A DNA stretch of 64,000 bases from an uncultured Syntrophobacteraceae bacterium (GCA_964404195.1 CAYOJC010000007.1:16772-80771), one strand, 5' to 3'. Counted from the stretch's first letter, positions 25,180 to 33,851 are shown. Numbers and translations are program-made. Notes: a model not told the origin generated them from the sequence alone.

Positions 25180-26568
25180 TCACTTCGGCAAAAAATCTTC
25201 CAACCTGACCGTCTCCCAACCCATCGGCTTTAACCTTTCAAACGGTAGCCGCGCTTCTTTGCCGGCGCAGAGGGGCGGCTTGGTCGCGTCGATGATGACC
25301 TTGCCGCCGACGCGATGCCAGTACTGTCCGCCGGGGGGAATGGGCTCGTCGCCGGTCGGGTCCATCGGGTGAATGCGCGTGCCGGGGATGATGACCATGT
25401 CTTCCTGCGGGTTGCAGCGCGTGTTGATCGCCCACAAAACTTCCCAGTAATTAAAAATATTCACGTCCTCGTCGACCGCAATCGCGATCTTCGGATGGAG
25501 AATCGGGCTCGACAGCACGCCCATCAAAACTTGCTTGGCCTCGCCGTAAAAGCGCGGCGTCATCTGCACGACGATGCCGAAGAGTCCGGGCAGAACCAAC
25601 AGGTTGTGCAGGTTGACGTAGCCGCCGATGTGTCGGATGTGGTTGTAGACCGCGACGCCGAACGGTACTTTGTGAAAGATGCAGCCTTCGACCTCCGAGC
25701 CGTTCTGAATCGCCTTGAAGATGGCGTCGTGGCGCATGGTGATGCAGTCGATCTCGATCACCGGATTTTTTCCCATGCCCGCGACGTAGTAGTCGTGGAA
25801 CTCGGAGAACGGCCCTTCCTCCTCGCGCACATTCGGCAGTATTCTTCCCTCCAAAACGATCTCCGCGTCGTACGGAACTTCCAGATCGTTGGTCTCGCAC
25901 TTGACGACTTTCGCCGGCTCGCCGATGAGCCCGCCGGCCAGCTCCAGCTCGTCCATCTCGAACGGCCCCGTGGTGGCGGCGGCCATGTAATATAAAGGAT
26001 GGTGGCCGATGAAGATCGCCACCGGCGTCGGCTCGTTCCGCTCCTCGTGCTTCGTGAGAATGGCCCGCGTGTGGCGCGGGACGATGAGCGCGCCGGTCTT
26101 GCGCGGTCCTTTGATTTGCAAGCGATGAAAAGCGACGTTGCGCACACCCGTGTCCGGGTCGCGCGCCACCAGCAGGCCCGACGCTATATAAGGAGTCTCC
26201 TCGCTGCCCGCGACATGCGCGGGAAGCTTAGTGAGATCGACCTGATCGCCCTTCAAAATAATTTCCTTTACCGGTCCGGTCGAGACTAGTTCCGTCGGTT
26301 GCCGCTTGAGCGCGCGCTCCGCTGCGGTGGGAATTAGCTTCTCGACCGTCGTGCCGTAGGCCAGCGCGGCGTGGCGCAGGTTCGCGGGCGCCATGCCGAG
26401 GCTTTTCCACTTCGGGAATCCCGCCACGTTTTCGAACAACAGCGCTTTCTCCCTCGACTGGTAGAGCAGCGCGCCCATCTGCGTGTGCGGATGAACGGGC
26501 TTGGTGATGTGAATCAGCTCTCCCGCAGTCTCAAGTTCTTGAATCCACGTGCGCATGTCCTTGGGCAT
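25180..26568 (-). CDS. UbiD-family (prFMN-dependent) decarboxylase, paralog 3 (intact)
   Basis: 462 aa. The N-terminus MPKDMRTWIQELETAGELIHITKPVHPHTQMGAL is typical of UbiD. Its last ~63 codons recur at 24159-24313 and 23311-23502. Confidence 0.9.
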   Translation of the reverse strand: MPKDMRTWIQELETAGELIHITKPVHPHTQMGALLYQSREKALLFENVAGFPKWKSLGMAPANLRHAALAYGTTVEKLIPTAAERALKRQPTELVSTGPVKEIILKGDQVDLTKLPAHVAGSEETPYIASGLLVARDPDTGVRNVAFHRLQIKGPRKTGALIVPRHTRAILTKHEERNEPTPVAIFIGHHPLYYMAAATTGPFEMDELELAGGLIGEPAKVVKCETNDLEVPYDAEIVLEGRILPNVREEEGPFSEFHDYYVAGMGKNPVIEIDCITMRHDAIFKAIQNGSEVEGCIFHKVPFGVAVYNHIRHIGGYVNLHNLLVLPGLFGIVVQMTPRFYGEAKQVLMGVLSSPILHPKIAIAVDEDVNIFNYWEVLWAINTRCNPQEDMVIIPGTRIHPMDPTGDEPIPPGGQYWHRVGGKVIIDATKPPLCAGKEARLPFERLKPMGWETVRLEDFLPK

Positions 26569-26707
26569 GTCTACCTCCTACGATCCGTCAGTCGAAACGT
26601 ATGCTATCTCGCCTCGCTGTTTCAAGCACGAACCCGCTCTTTACAGTGCTTTCAAGGGCTGATATCAGTGCGGATGGTTTAATTCAGGGAGGGTCGAAGA
26701 AAACGCT

Positions 26708-29700
26708 ATGACAACAGGCATTAGCCGCTCGCGGGGGAATGGGCTTCTTTTAATCGCGCTGCTCTGCTTCTTTTTGTCGGGCTCCGCCGGTCTGATCTAC
26801 GAAGTCGTATGGACCCGCATGCTGACCCAGATATTCGGCAATACCACCTACGCCATCGCCACCGTCCTGGCCGCGTTCATGGCCGGCCTCGCCGTGGGAA
26901 GTTATCTCTTCGGCCGGATCGCCGATCGCGGTAAAAACGATTTTCTGCTCTATGGCCTTCTCGAAGCCGGAGTCGGCATTTACGGCCTGGTCGTCCCGTG
27001 GTTATTCGACGCGGGCCGGCGGCTCTATATTCCGCTATTTCACTTGAACGACGCCTATCCGATGGTCTTCAACCTGCTGCTCTTCCTTTTGTCCTTCGTT
27101 CTGCTCGTGCTGCCCACGCTGCTCATGGGGGCGACGCTTCCGGTTCTGAGCCGCTTTTTCATCAAGAGCTTCGACCAGATCGGCCGCCGCGTCGGCGACC
27201 TTTACGCAACCAATACGTTCGGGGCGGTCCTGGGCTGCGCCGTATCCGGCTATTATTTAATTCCCAGCTTCGGCATGCGCACGACGGTGCACGTCGCCGC
27301 CGCGCTCAATCTTGCGATCGCCGTGGTCATCTTGATCGTGGACCGGCTGCGCGACCGGGTAGCGAGCGAGCCGGCCGCCGCGGTTGAAGAAGCGGAGCCG
27401 AGCGCGGAAGTCTCCGGAGCCGCGCCCTCGAATCTGGGCTGGGTGCTGCTGCTCTCCTTCGGCCTTTCCGGAATGGCCGCGCTCGTCTACGAGAACGCGT
27501 GGACGCGCGCTCTCACGCTCGTGATCGGGAGTTCCATTTATTCTTTCACGACGATGCTGGTGACTTTCCTCGTCGGCCTTGCTCTCGGCGGATTTCTCTA
27601 CGCCCGGCTGATGGGGGACCGGGAAGTCAGAATGGCCACGTTCGGCGTGATCGAGCTGTTGGTCGGACTGACCGCGCTGGCGACGATCCCGCTTTTCGGC
27701 AGGCTGCCGCTGATCTTTCTCCGGCTGATGCATGGATTCGGCGACTCGTTCCATCTGTTTCTCTCGATCCAGATCGCCACCGCAGCGCTGGTGATGTTCC
27801 TGCCGACGTTGCTTCTCGGGATGACCTTCCCACTCGTCGCGCGCCTCTTCACCCAGAGTCTTTATCGCATCGGCAGCAGCGTGGGAACCTCCTACGCGGC
27901 CAACACTCTCGGCGCCATCGTGGGCGCCTTCGCCGGAGGTTTTATTTTTATTCCCCAGCTCGGCGTACAGAACTCGATTATCCTGGCCGTGATCTTGAAT
28001 CTCGTCGTCGGATGGTTCCTGATCGTCGCCGATCCGCGCATGTCCCTCGTGCCCCGCATTGCGCTGGGCCTGGTCGTTCTCGCGGCGGCCATATTGATCC
28101 CCTGGAAGACGCCCCGTTGGGACCGCCACGTCATGACCAGCGGCGTGACGGTATACAGCGACCGCTACGAGAGCCTGCACCGCGACTCGCTCCGCGTCGA
28201 GGAGATGCACCGCGACGACATCCTCTATTATAAGGAGGGCTTGACCGCTACCGTCAGCGTCCACCAGAGCACCGGCAGCGAGTACCGTTATTTCAGGACC
28301 AACGGAAAAATCGACGGCTCCCACGGCGACGCTTTGAGCCAGCTCATGACCGGCTACATCCCGATGCTGTTTCATCCGCGCGGCGACCGGGCGGCGGTGA
28401 TCGGGCTCGGCACCGGTATGACGACGAGGGCCGTCGCGTCGTTTCCCGTGCGCGAGGTCGAGGTGCTCGAGATCGAGCCCGCGATGCGCGAAGCCACGAC
28501 CTACTTTAACGACAGGAACGGCAAGATTCTGGAAAATCCCAAAGTGCGCCTGATTCCCACCGACGGCCGCAACTATATTCTCGCCACTCCGAAAGTGTAC
28601 GACATCATCGCCGCCGAGCCGTCCAATCCCTGGATCGCCGGCATCGCCAATCTTTACACGCGAGAATTTTACGGCGTCGTGAAGTCGAAGCTCAAGCCGG
28701 ACGGAATCTTTGCGCAATGGTTCCATAACTATTCCATGTCGCCGGACGATTTTCGCATGGTCTTTCGCACGTTCGCTGAGGCGTTTCCTTATATGACGGT
28801 CTGGGGAATGAAAGAAAGCGATTTCCTCATGGTCGGGAGCATGCAGGAACAGGTCTTCCGCCATTCGGAGCTGAAGGAAGTCTTTGCGAAAAATCGTATT
28901 CTCAGGGCGGACTTCGATGCGCTGGGCCTCAGCGACCCGTACGCCGTTCTAGGATTTTATCGAATGGGCAGAGAGGGCGCGCTCGGCTTCAGCGAGGGGG
29001 CGACGCTCAATACGGACGACGGCGCCCAGTTGGAGTTCTCCGCGCCCAAGAGTCTCGGACGCGCCACTTCGGAGCTTAATCGCAAACTGATGAATCCCTT
29101 TCTCGCCGATGCGCCCTGGAAGGCGTCCGCCGGCGCCTCCGAGGCTCTCGGCCACTATTATCTCGCCCAGGCCCACGAGGCCAACGGATGGCACACCCGC
29201 GCGCTTGAGGAGATCGAGCGGGCGATCGCGCTGGAGCCGCCGAACGCCGATTTTTACGTGCTCAAAACTAAAATTCTTCTCGAAGCGGAAAAAAGCGCCG
29301 AAGCGGCCAAGGCGGCCGTCACCGCGTTGGAGCGTTCGCCGCAAACGCTGAGGGCCATCCTCGCGCTCAGCGGAGATTTCTACCTGCCCGAGGCGAAGGT
29401 GATTTACGCAAAAGCGATCGAGATGAAGAGCAAAGAGGTGCTGCCCTATCTGGGCCTGGGGAAGATCGCTCTTTATTATCATCAATTGCCCGAGGCGGAA
29501 AAATGGTTCGAGCAGGCAAGGCAAATGCAACCGGAGCACGCCGGGGTGCTGATGGCCTGGGGCCGTTTGTACCTGGAAAAAGGGGAAACGGAAAAGGCGA
29601 AAGAGTTTCTGGAGCAGGCCAAAGAAAAGGGCGAAGATTCCGACGTTCTTTACAGCGCGCTCGGGGAAGCGTATCGCAAGCTCGGGCTGTGGCAGGAGGC

Positions 29701-29890
29701 CGCCGGCGCTTACCGCCGCGCGCTGAAATTCAGAAGGAGCAACGTCGACTGGCGGCGCAACCTCGGTATTGCGCTGGCGAACCTGGGAAGAACGAGAGAG
29801 GCGGAGCTGAAATTTCGCGAAGTCCTGTCCATCAGCTCCGATGACGCGGAAGCGTGGCAGGAGCTGAAGAAACTAGGCAAAAGATACTGA
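26708..29890 (+). CDS. Fused polytopic membrane / spermidine-synthase-like / TPR-repeat protein
   Basis: 1060 aa. The first ~470 aa contain many TM helices. A Rossmann-type methyl/aminopropyl-transferase motif follows (VIGLGTGMTTRAV...VLEIEP...DGRNY...DIIAAEPSNPW). The C-terminal ~280 aa are TPR-like. Confidence 0.85.
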   Translation: MTTGISRSRGNGLLLIALLCFFLSGSAGLIYEVVWTRMLTQIFGNTTYAIATVLAAFMAGLAVGSYLFGRIADRGKNDFLLYGLLEAGVGIYGLVVPWLFDAGRRLYIPLFHLNDAYPMVFNLLLFLLSFVLLVLPTLLMGATLPVLSRFFIKSFDQIGRRVGDLYATNTFGAVLGCAVSGYYLIPSFGMRTTVHVAAALNLAIAVVILIVDRLRDRVASEPAAAVEEAEPSAEVSGAAPSNLGWVLLLSFGLSGMAALVYENAWTRALTLVIGSSIYSFTTMLVTFLVGLALGGFLYARLMGDREVRMATFGVIELLVGLTALATIPLFGRLPLIFLRLMHGFGDSFHLFLSIQIATAALVMFLPTLLLGMTFPLVARLFTQSLYRIGSSVGTSYAANTLGAIVGAFAGGFIFIPQLGVQNSIILAVILNLVVGWFLIVADPRMSLVPRIALGLVVLAAAILIPWKTPRWDRHVMTSGVTVYSDRYESLHRDSLRVEEMHRDDILYYKEGLTATVSVHQSTGSEYRYFRTNGKIDGSHGDALSQLMTGYIPMLFHPRGDRAAVIGLGTGMTTRAVASFPVREVEVLEIEPAMREATTYFNDRNGKILENPKVRLIPTDGRNYILATPKVYDIIAAEPSNPWIAGIANLYTREFYGVVKSKLKPDGIFAQWFHNYSMSPDDFRMVFRTFAEAFPYMTVWGMKESDFLMVGSMQEQVFRHSELKEVFAKNRILRADFDALGLSDPYAVLGFYRMGREGALGFSEGATLNTDDGAQLEFSAPKSLGRATSELNRKLMNPFLADAPWKASAGASEALGHYYLAQAHEANGWHTRALEEIERAIALEPPNADFYVLKTKILLEAEKSAEAAKAAVTALERSPQTLRAILALSGDFYLPEAKVIYAKAIEMKSKEVLPYLGLGKIALYYHQLPEAEKWFEQARQMQPEHAGVLMAWGRLYLEKGETEKAKEFLEQAKEKGEDSDVLYSALGEAYRKLGLWQEAAGAYRRALKFRRSNVDWRRNLGIALANLGRTREAELKFREVLSISSDDAEAWQELKKLGKRY

Positions 29891-29922
29891 CAGGCAATAG
29901 GCAACGGGCATTAGGCAATAGG
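29891..29922. repeat. GGCAATA-type heptamer tandem tract
   Basis: caGGCAATAGGCAACGGGCATTAGGCAATAGG fills the 39-nt gap between the TPR-protein stop and the proC start. Confidence 0.75.
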
Positions 29923-29929
29923 AAAAGAG

Positions 29930-30748
29930 ATGCTCAAAGAGAAGATAGGCGTGATCGGCGCGGGCAAGATCGGCTCCGCCATCATGCGCGGAGTGATCGG
30001 CGCCGGCCTGGTCGGTAAAAAGCAGGTCATGGCGAGCGACGTGAGCAAGGCGCTCAGGCAGTCCGCCGCGGCGGAGCTCGGGATCGAAGCCACGCCGAGC
30101 AACGCCAAGGTCTGTGAATTCGCCGACATCGTGATCCTTGCGGTCAAGCCCCAGATCGTCGATTCCGTGCTCAAAGAGATCGCGGGAAAATTGGGCAAAA
30201 CGAAGCTCCTGGTCTCGGTCGCGGCGGGCGTTCCGCTCGAGCGCATCGAGAAGAATTTGGCCAAAGGCGCGCGCGTGGTTCGGGTCATGCCCAACATTCC
30301 TTGCGTGGTGGGCGCCGGCGCTTCCTGCTATGCTGGAGGAGCGCATGCGATCGTCAAGGATCTAGAAAGGGTCGGTTCGATCTTGAACAGTTTCGGCGTC
30401 GGCTTGCCGTTGGAGGAAAAATATTTAGACGCGGTCACCGGACTCAGCGGCAGCGGTCCGGCCTATGTATTCCTCTTTATCGAGTCGCTGGCCGACGGCG
30501 GAGTTCAAGTGGGTCTCAGCCGGGAAGTGGCGCTCAAGCTCGCGCTCCAGACCGTTTACGGCTCCGCGCGCATGGCGCTCGAAAGCGGCAAGCATTTGGG
30601 CGAGCTCAGAGACGAAGTCACCTCCCCCGGCGGGACCACGATCGCCGGTCTCTATGCTTTGGAGAAGGGCGGCATGAGGGGGACCGTGATGGAAGCCGTG
30701 CTGCAGGCGACCCGCCGCTCTCAGGAGTTGGGGAAGGGAAAATCGTGA
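29930..30748 (+). CDS. proC: Pyrroline-5-carboxylate reductase
   Basis: IGVIGAGKIGSAI NADP-binding motif, RVMPN, SGSGPAY and SPGGTT motifs. 272 aa. Confidence 0.92.
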   Translation: MLKEKIGVIGAGKIGSAIMRGVIGAGLVGKKQVMASDVSKALRQSAAAELGIEATPSNAKVCEFADIVILAVKPQIVDSVLKEIAGKLGKTKLLVSVAAGVPLERIEKNLAKGARVVRVMPNIPCVVGAGASCYAGGAHAIVKDLERVGSILNSFGVGLPLEEKYLDAVTGLSGSGPAYVFLFIESLADGGVQVGLSREVALKLALQTVYGSARMALESGKHLGELRDEVTSPGGTTIAGLYALEKGGMRGTVMEAVLQATRRSQELGKGKS

Positions 30749-31998
30749 ACGCGCTGAATCCGCTGGAAGCCGACAGCGAAGTCCGGCTCCTGGCGCACAT
30801 CGCCGATTTCATGGGGACCTCGATGCCCCTGGAGGAGGTCATCACCGCGGCGATGCGGTTTACTTCGGCGATGATGGGGGCGGACGGATCTTCGATTCTT
30901 CTCTTGGACCGCGAGCAAGACCAGCTCAATTTTTTCATCGCGCTGGGCGAAAAGGCGAACCAGCTCAAAAACATGACGCTGGCCAAGGGCGAAGGCATCG
31001 CCGGCTTCGTGGCCTCAACCGGGCTGCCGATGGTCGTCTCCGACGTCCGCCGCGAGGCGCGCTTTTCCAAACGCGTCGATCAGACGACCGGCTTCAAGAC
31101 GCGCGCGATCGCCTGCGTGCCGCTCAAGGTGAGAGGAGAGATCAAGGGCGTCATCGAGGTGGTGAGCAAGAAAGCGGGGCTCTTCGGCGACAAGGAGCTC
31201 GACATGCTCACCGCGATCGCGGGGCCGGTCGCGATCATGATCGACAACGCCAGATTGATTCAGGAAGTCAAGACGCTGCACGATAAGTTGGGAGAGGCGA
31301 GCCGTCTCAAGGCCGAGTTTCTCGCCACGATGACGCACGAAATGCGCACGCCGATCAATATCGTGATCGGCAACCTCGATTTGCTTTTGGGCGGCTTTCT
31401 CGGCGAGACCAACGAGCGGCAGCGGAAATGCATCGAGACCTCGCTGCGTAATTCCGGGGAGGCGCTCAATCTGGTGAGCAGCATTTTGGACCTGTCCCGT
31501 TTCGAGGCGGGTCAAGTCGTTATCCGCGTCGAAGAGTTTCGTCTCGAAGAAATCTGGACCGAGCTGGAGGTATTGTTCCGCATCGGACTCAGCGGCAAAC
31601 CCGTGGAACTTTGCTGGGAGATAGCGGGCGCGCTTCCCGCGCTGAAGAGCGATCGGATGAAAGTCAAGGAAATCTTGAGCAACATCGTTTTCAACGCGGT
31701 GAAGTATACCGACAAGGGGCAGGTTCGAGTCACCGCCGCTCCGACCGCGTCGGGCGACCAAATAGAGATCGAGATCAAAGATACGGGGGTAGGAATTTCC
31801 CATGAGTCTTTGCCTCTTATCTTCGAGCCGTTCCGCCAGGTGGAAGGCTCGTCGAGCCGGAGCCTCGGCGGCGTCGGCCTGGGCCTCGCCATCGCCAAGA
31901 GGCTGCTCAATCTGCTTCATGGCAAGGTGGAAGTGGAGAGCGAGGTGGGCAAGGGAACGACCTTCCGAATCACGATGCCGGTCCGGTATGCGGCGTGA
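30745..31998 (+). CDS. GAF-domain sensor histidine kinase
   Basis: The GTG at 30745 overlaps the proC stop (GTGA). GAF-like N-terminal half, H-box THEMRTPIN, N-box NAVKYT, G-boxes DTGVGI and GGVGLGLAI. Confidence 0.85.
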   Translation: MNALNPLEADSEVRLLAHIADFMGTSMPLEEVITAAMRFTSAMMGADGSSILLLDREQDQLNFFIALGEKANQLKNMTLAKGEGIAGFVASTGLPMVVSDVRREARFSKRVDQTTGFKTRAIACVPLKVRGEIKGVIEVVSKKAGLFGDKELDMLTAIAGPVAIMIDNARLIQEVKTLHDKLGEASRLKAEFLATMTHEMRTPINIVIGNLDLLLGGFLGETNERQRKCIETSLRNSGEALNLVSSILDLSRFEAGQVVIRVEEFRLEEIWTELEVLFRIGLSGKPVELCWEIAGALPALKSDRMKVKEILSNIVFNAVKYTDKGQVRVTAAPTASGDQIEIEIKDTGVGISHESLPLIFEPFRQVEGSSSRSLGGVGLGLAIAKRLLNLLHGKVEVESEVGKGTTFRITMPVRYAA

Positions 31999-32048
31999 CT
32001 ATTTTGGGTTGCCGATTTTGGTTTAATCGAAAATCAAAAATCGTTCGA

Positions 32049-32186
32049 CTGAGAGTGTGTGAAAAAATCGCCGATCGCCCTTCGACGGGCTCAGGACGAA
32101 CGGCTAAGTGCTTGAACTTCCATCGATGTTATCCCGTTCGTGATGAGCTTGTCGAACCATGAACGAATTTTTTCACACACTCTGAG
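32049..32186. mobile_element. 138-bp palindromic MITE-like element with 17-bp perfect terminal inverted repeats
   Basis: AGAGTGTGTGAAAAAAT at 32052-32068 is matched by its perfect complement at 32167-32183. Internal arms ggctcaggacgaacgg and ccgttcgtgatgagc also pair. A/T-rich heptamer tracts flank it (32001-32043, 32198-32216). Confidence 0.65.
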
Positions 32187-32293
32187 CTCACGACGAAGTC
32201 TAAAATCGAAAATCGGGTGACTTGACACTATTTCAAACTTTAGCTAGTTTTGCGGAAGAGCAGAATCAATATCGACCGGCCAAGGAGGACGTG

Positions 32294-32662
32294 ATGAAAA
32301 CCGTTAGATGGCTTGCAGTTCTGTCGTTGCTGTTGTGCGGGTTCTTAGGCATCAGCTCGGCTCAAGAAGAGAAAGAGAAAAAATCGACCAAAGCGAAAGA
32401 CGTGGAAGTGGAGGGCGTCATCAGCGCCGTCGGGCAGCGCACCATCACCTTTCAGGTCGAGCGCAAGGGAAAGGTCCGGGAAGAGGTCGTCGGCGTCGAT
32501 GATAAGACCGACATCGAGAAAGAGGGGCAGAAAATTAAATTGAAAGATCTGGAAGAAAAGGACAAGGCTGCCATCAAGTACGAGCCCGATGCGTATACCC
32601 CGGCTCAGTCCGTCAAAGTGGTCGGCAAAGGAGAATTGAAGAAAACCGGAGGAGACGACTAA
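32294..32662 (+). CDS. Small secreted Lys/Glu-rich protein
   Basis: RBS aaggagg, then the ATG at 32294. Signal peptide MKTVRWLAVLSLLLCGFLGISSA. 122 aa. Confidence 0.6.
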   Translation: MKTVRWLAVLSLLLCGFLGISSAQEEKEKKSTKAKDVEVEGVISAVGQRTITFQVERKGKVREEVVGVDDKTDIEKEGQKIKLKDLEEKDKAAIKYEPDAYTPAQSVKVVGKGELKKTGGDD

Positions 32663-32664
32663 CC

Positions 32665-32786
32665 CCGATGATTCATCGACCTTAAAAACTTCGTGACCTT
32701 CGTGCTCTTCGTGGTGATAAGCTTTTTGACCACGAAGGACACGAAGCACACGAAGAAAGAACCTGCCCTGAGCGAAGCCGAAGGGC
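32665..32786. repeat. CTTCGTG/CACGAAG nonamer hairpin element plus GAGCGAAGCCGAAGG module
   Basis: ttcgtgaccttcgtgctcttcgtggtgataagctttttgaccacgaaggacacgaagcacacgaag is nearly identical to the cores at 38268-38350 (reverse) and 47266-47318. Confidence 0.8.
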
Positions 32787-32818
32787 CGAAGGACGAACCC
32801 AACGTATTCACCATCCCG

Positions 32819-33742
32819 TCAACTCCGATAGAAATCCGCTCGGTCGCCGCCGACCACCGAGAGATCCAGCGATTCTTCATCCCTTAAAATATGGAAGGAG
32901 ATCCGGTCGCCCGGTCTCTTCTTCCATATCTCCCTATAGAGATCGGGACGGGAGCGGACCTCCTGCCGCTCCACTTTGGTGATGATGTCTCCCTCCTTGA
33001 GGCCGCACTTCTCGGCCGGCCCTCCGGGAACCACGCCCGCGATAACGACGTGCCCTCCCATGTGCTGCGGATAAAAGCCGAGCCAGGGGCGTGGGACGCG
33101 GCTGCGCACCCGCCCGTGCTGCTTCAACTCCTGCTCGTGCCGCAGATAGAATTCAATGGGTATGGCGAGCGAGAATCTTCCGATGTCGTTCAAGTTGAGG
33201 GAAACCACCCCCATCAGCCTGCCCCTGAAGTCCGCCAGCGTTCCGCCGCCGAAGCCGGGGTTGAAAGCGCTCAGGCGAATGCTTTTATCCAGCATGTATT
33301 CCCAGTGGCCGTCGTAGCCTTCCATGGAGGTTACGTAGCCGCCGTTGATTCTTCTCGCCGGTCCTCCGATGCTGGCGACGATCAGCGCGGGCTCTCCCAG
33401 TTTTAACTCTTCAGGGGGCGAAGGACGAAGAAACGGAAGACCCTTGCCCGGGATTTTCACGAGCGAGAGGCCTGTTTCCTGATCCTGCGCCGCGAGCTCA
33501 CCGGGATATTGCTCGCCGTCGGGCAAAGTGACCGTGATGGACTCCGCTCCGACGGTGACATAGTGGACCGTCAGGATGTATCCGTCGGGATCGACGATCG
33601 TCCCCGATCCGGCCCGTTCCGCTCCCAGATTTCGCGTGGACGGATGAATCTGCGGCACCGATACTTTGATATCGACCGTGGAGGGAAGGATGGAATGGAT
33701 CAGCCCGATATGCCCGTTCACGTATGCCTCCAAACCGGCCAC
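32819..33742 (-). CDS. HtrA/DegP-like trypsin-fold plus PDZ protein, catalytic residues apparently substituted
   Basis: GSGTIVDPDGYILT...ITVTLPDG...LSLVKI...NPGFGGG... follows the S1C layout and is followed by a PDZ-like WLGF...GGPAEKCGLKEGDII. NPGFGGG replaces the expected GNSGG. Confidence 0.75.
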   Translation of the reverse strand: MAGLEAYVNGHIGLIHSILPSTVDIKVSVPQIHPSTRNLGAERAGSGTIVDPDGYILTVHYVTVGAESITVTLPDGEQYPGELAAQDQETGLSLVKIPGKGLPFLRPSPPEELKLGEPALIVASIGGPARRINGGYVTSMEGYDGHWEYMLDKSIRLSAFNPGFGGGTLADFRGRLMGVVSLNLNDIGRFSLAIPIEFYLRHEQELKQHGRVRSRVPRPWLGFYPQHMGGHVVIAGVVPGGPAEKCGLKEGDIITKVERQEVRSRPDLYREIWKKRPGDRISFHILRDEESLDLSVVGGDRADFYRS

Positions 33743-33759
33743 AAAGCTCCAGTTTCATC

Positions 33760-33851
33760 GTTGCGCTCGACCGACTCGCTCGACGTACTGAAAAAAGTAC
33801 GCCTCCGCTCGTCGATCTTCGCGCGCCTTGAATCTGGACCTTTTTGACCGG
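33760..33851. repeat. Dispersed ~95-bp hairpin repeat (CTCGCTCGRCGTAC-N7-GTACGCC...TCGCGCGCC...ACCTTTTTGA)
   Basis: It is colinear with 62111-62205, with matching blocks ctcgctcg.cgtac, gtacgcct.cgctcg, tcgcgcgcct and atctg.acctttttga. Confidence 0.75.

Noticed and set aside
30301-30744. A 5' extension of the histidine-kinase ORF (the track gives 30301..31998).
   Set aside because: The extension lies entirely inside proC in another frame and translates to Arg-rich low-complexity sequence. The GTG at 30745, overlapping the proC stop, fits better.
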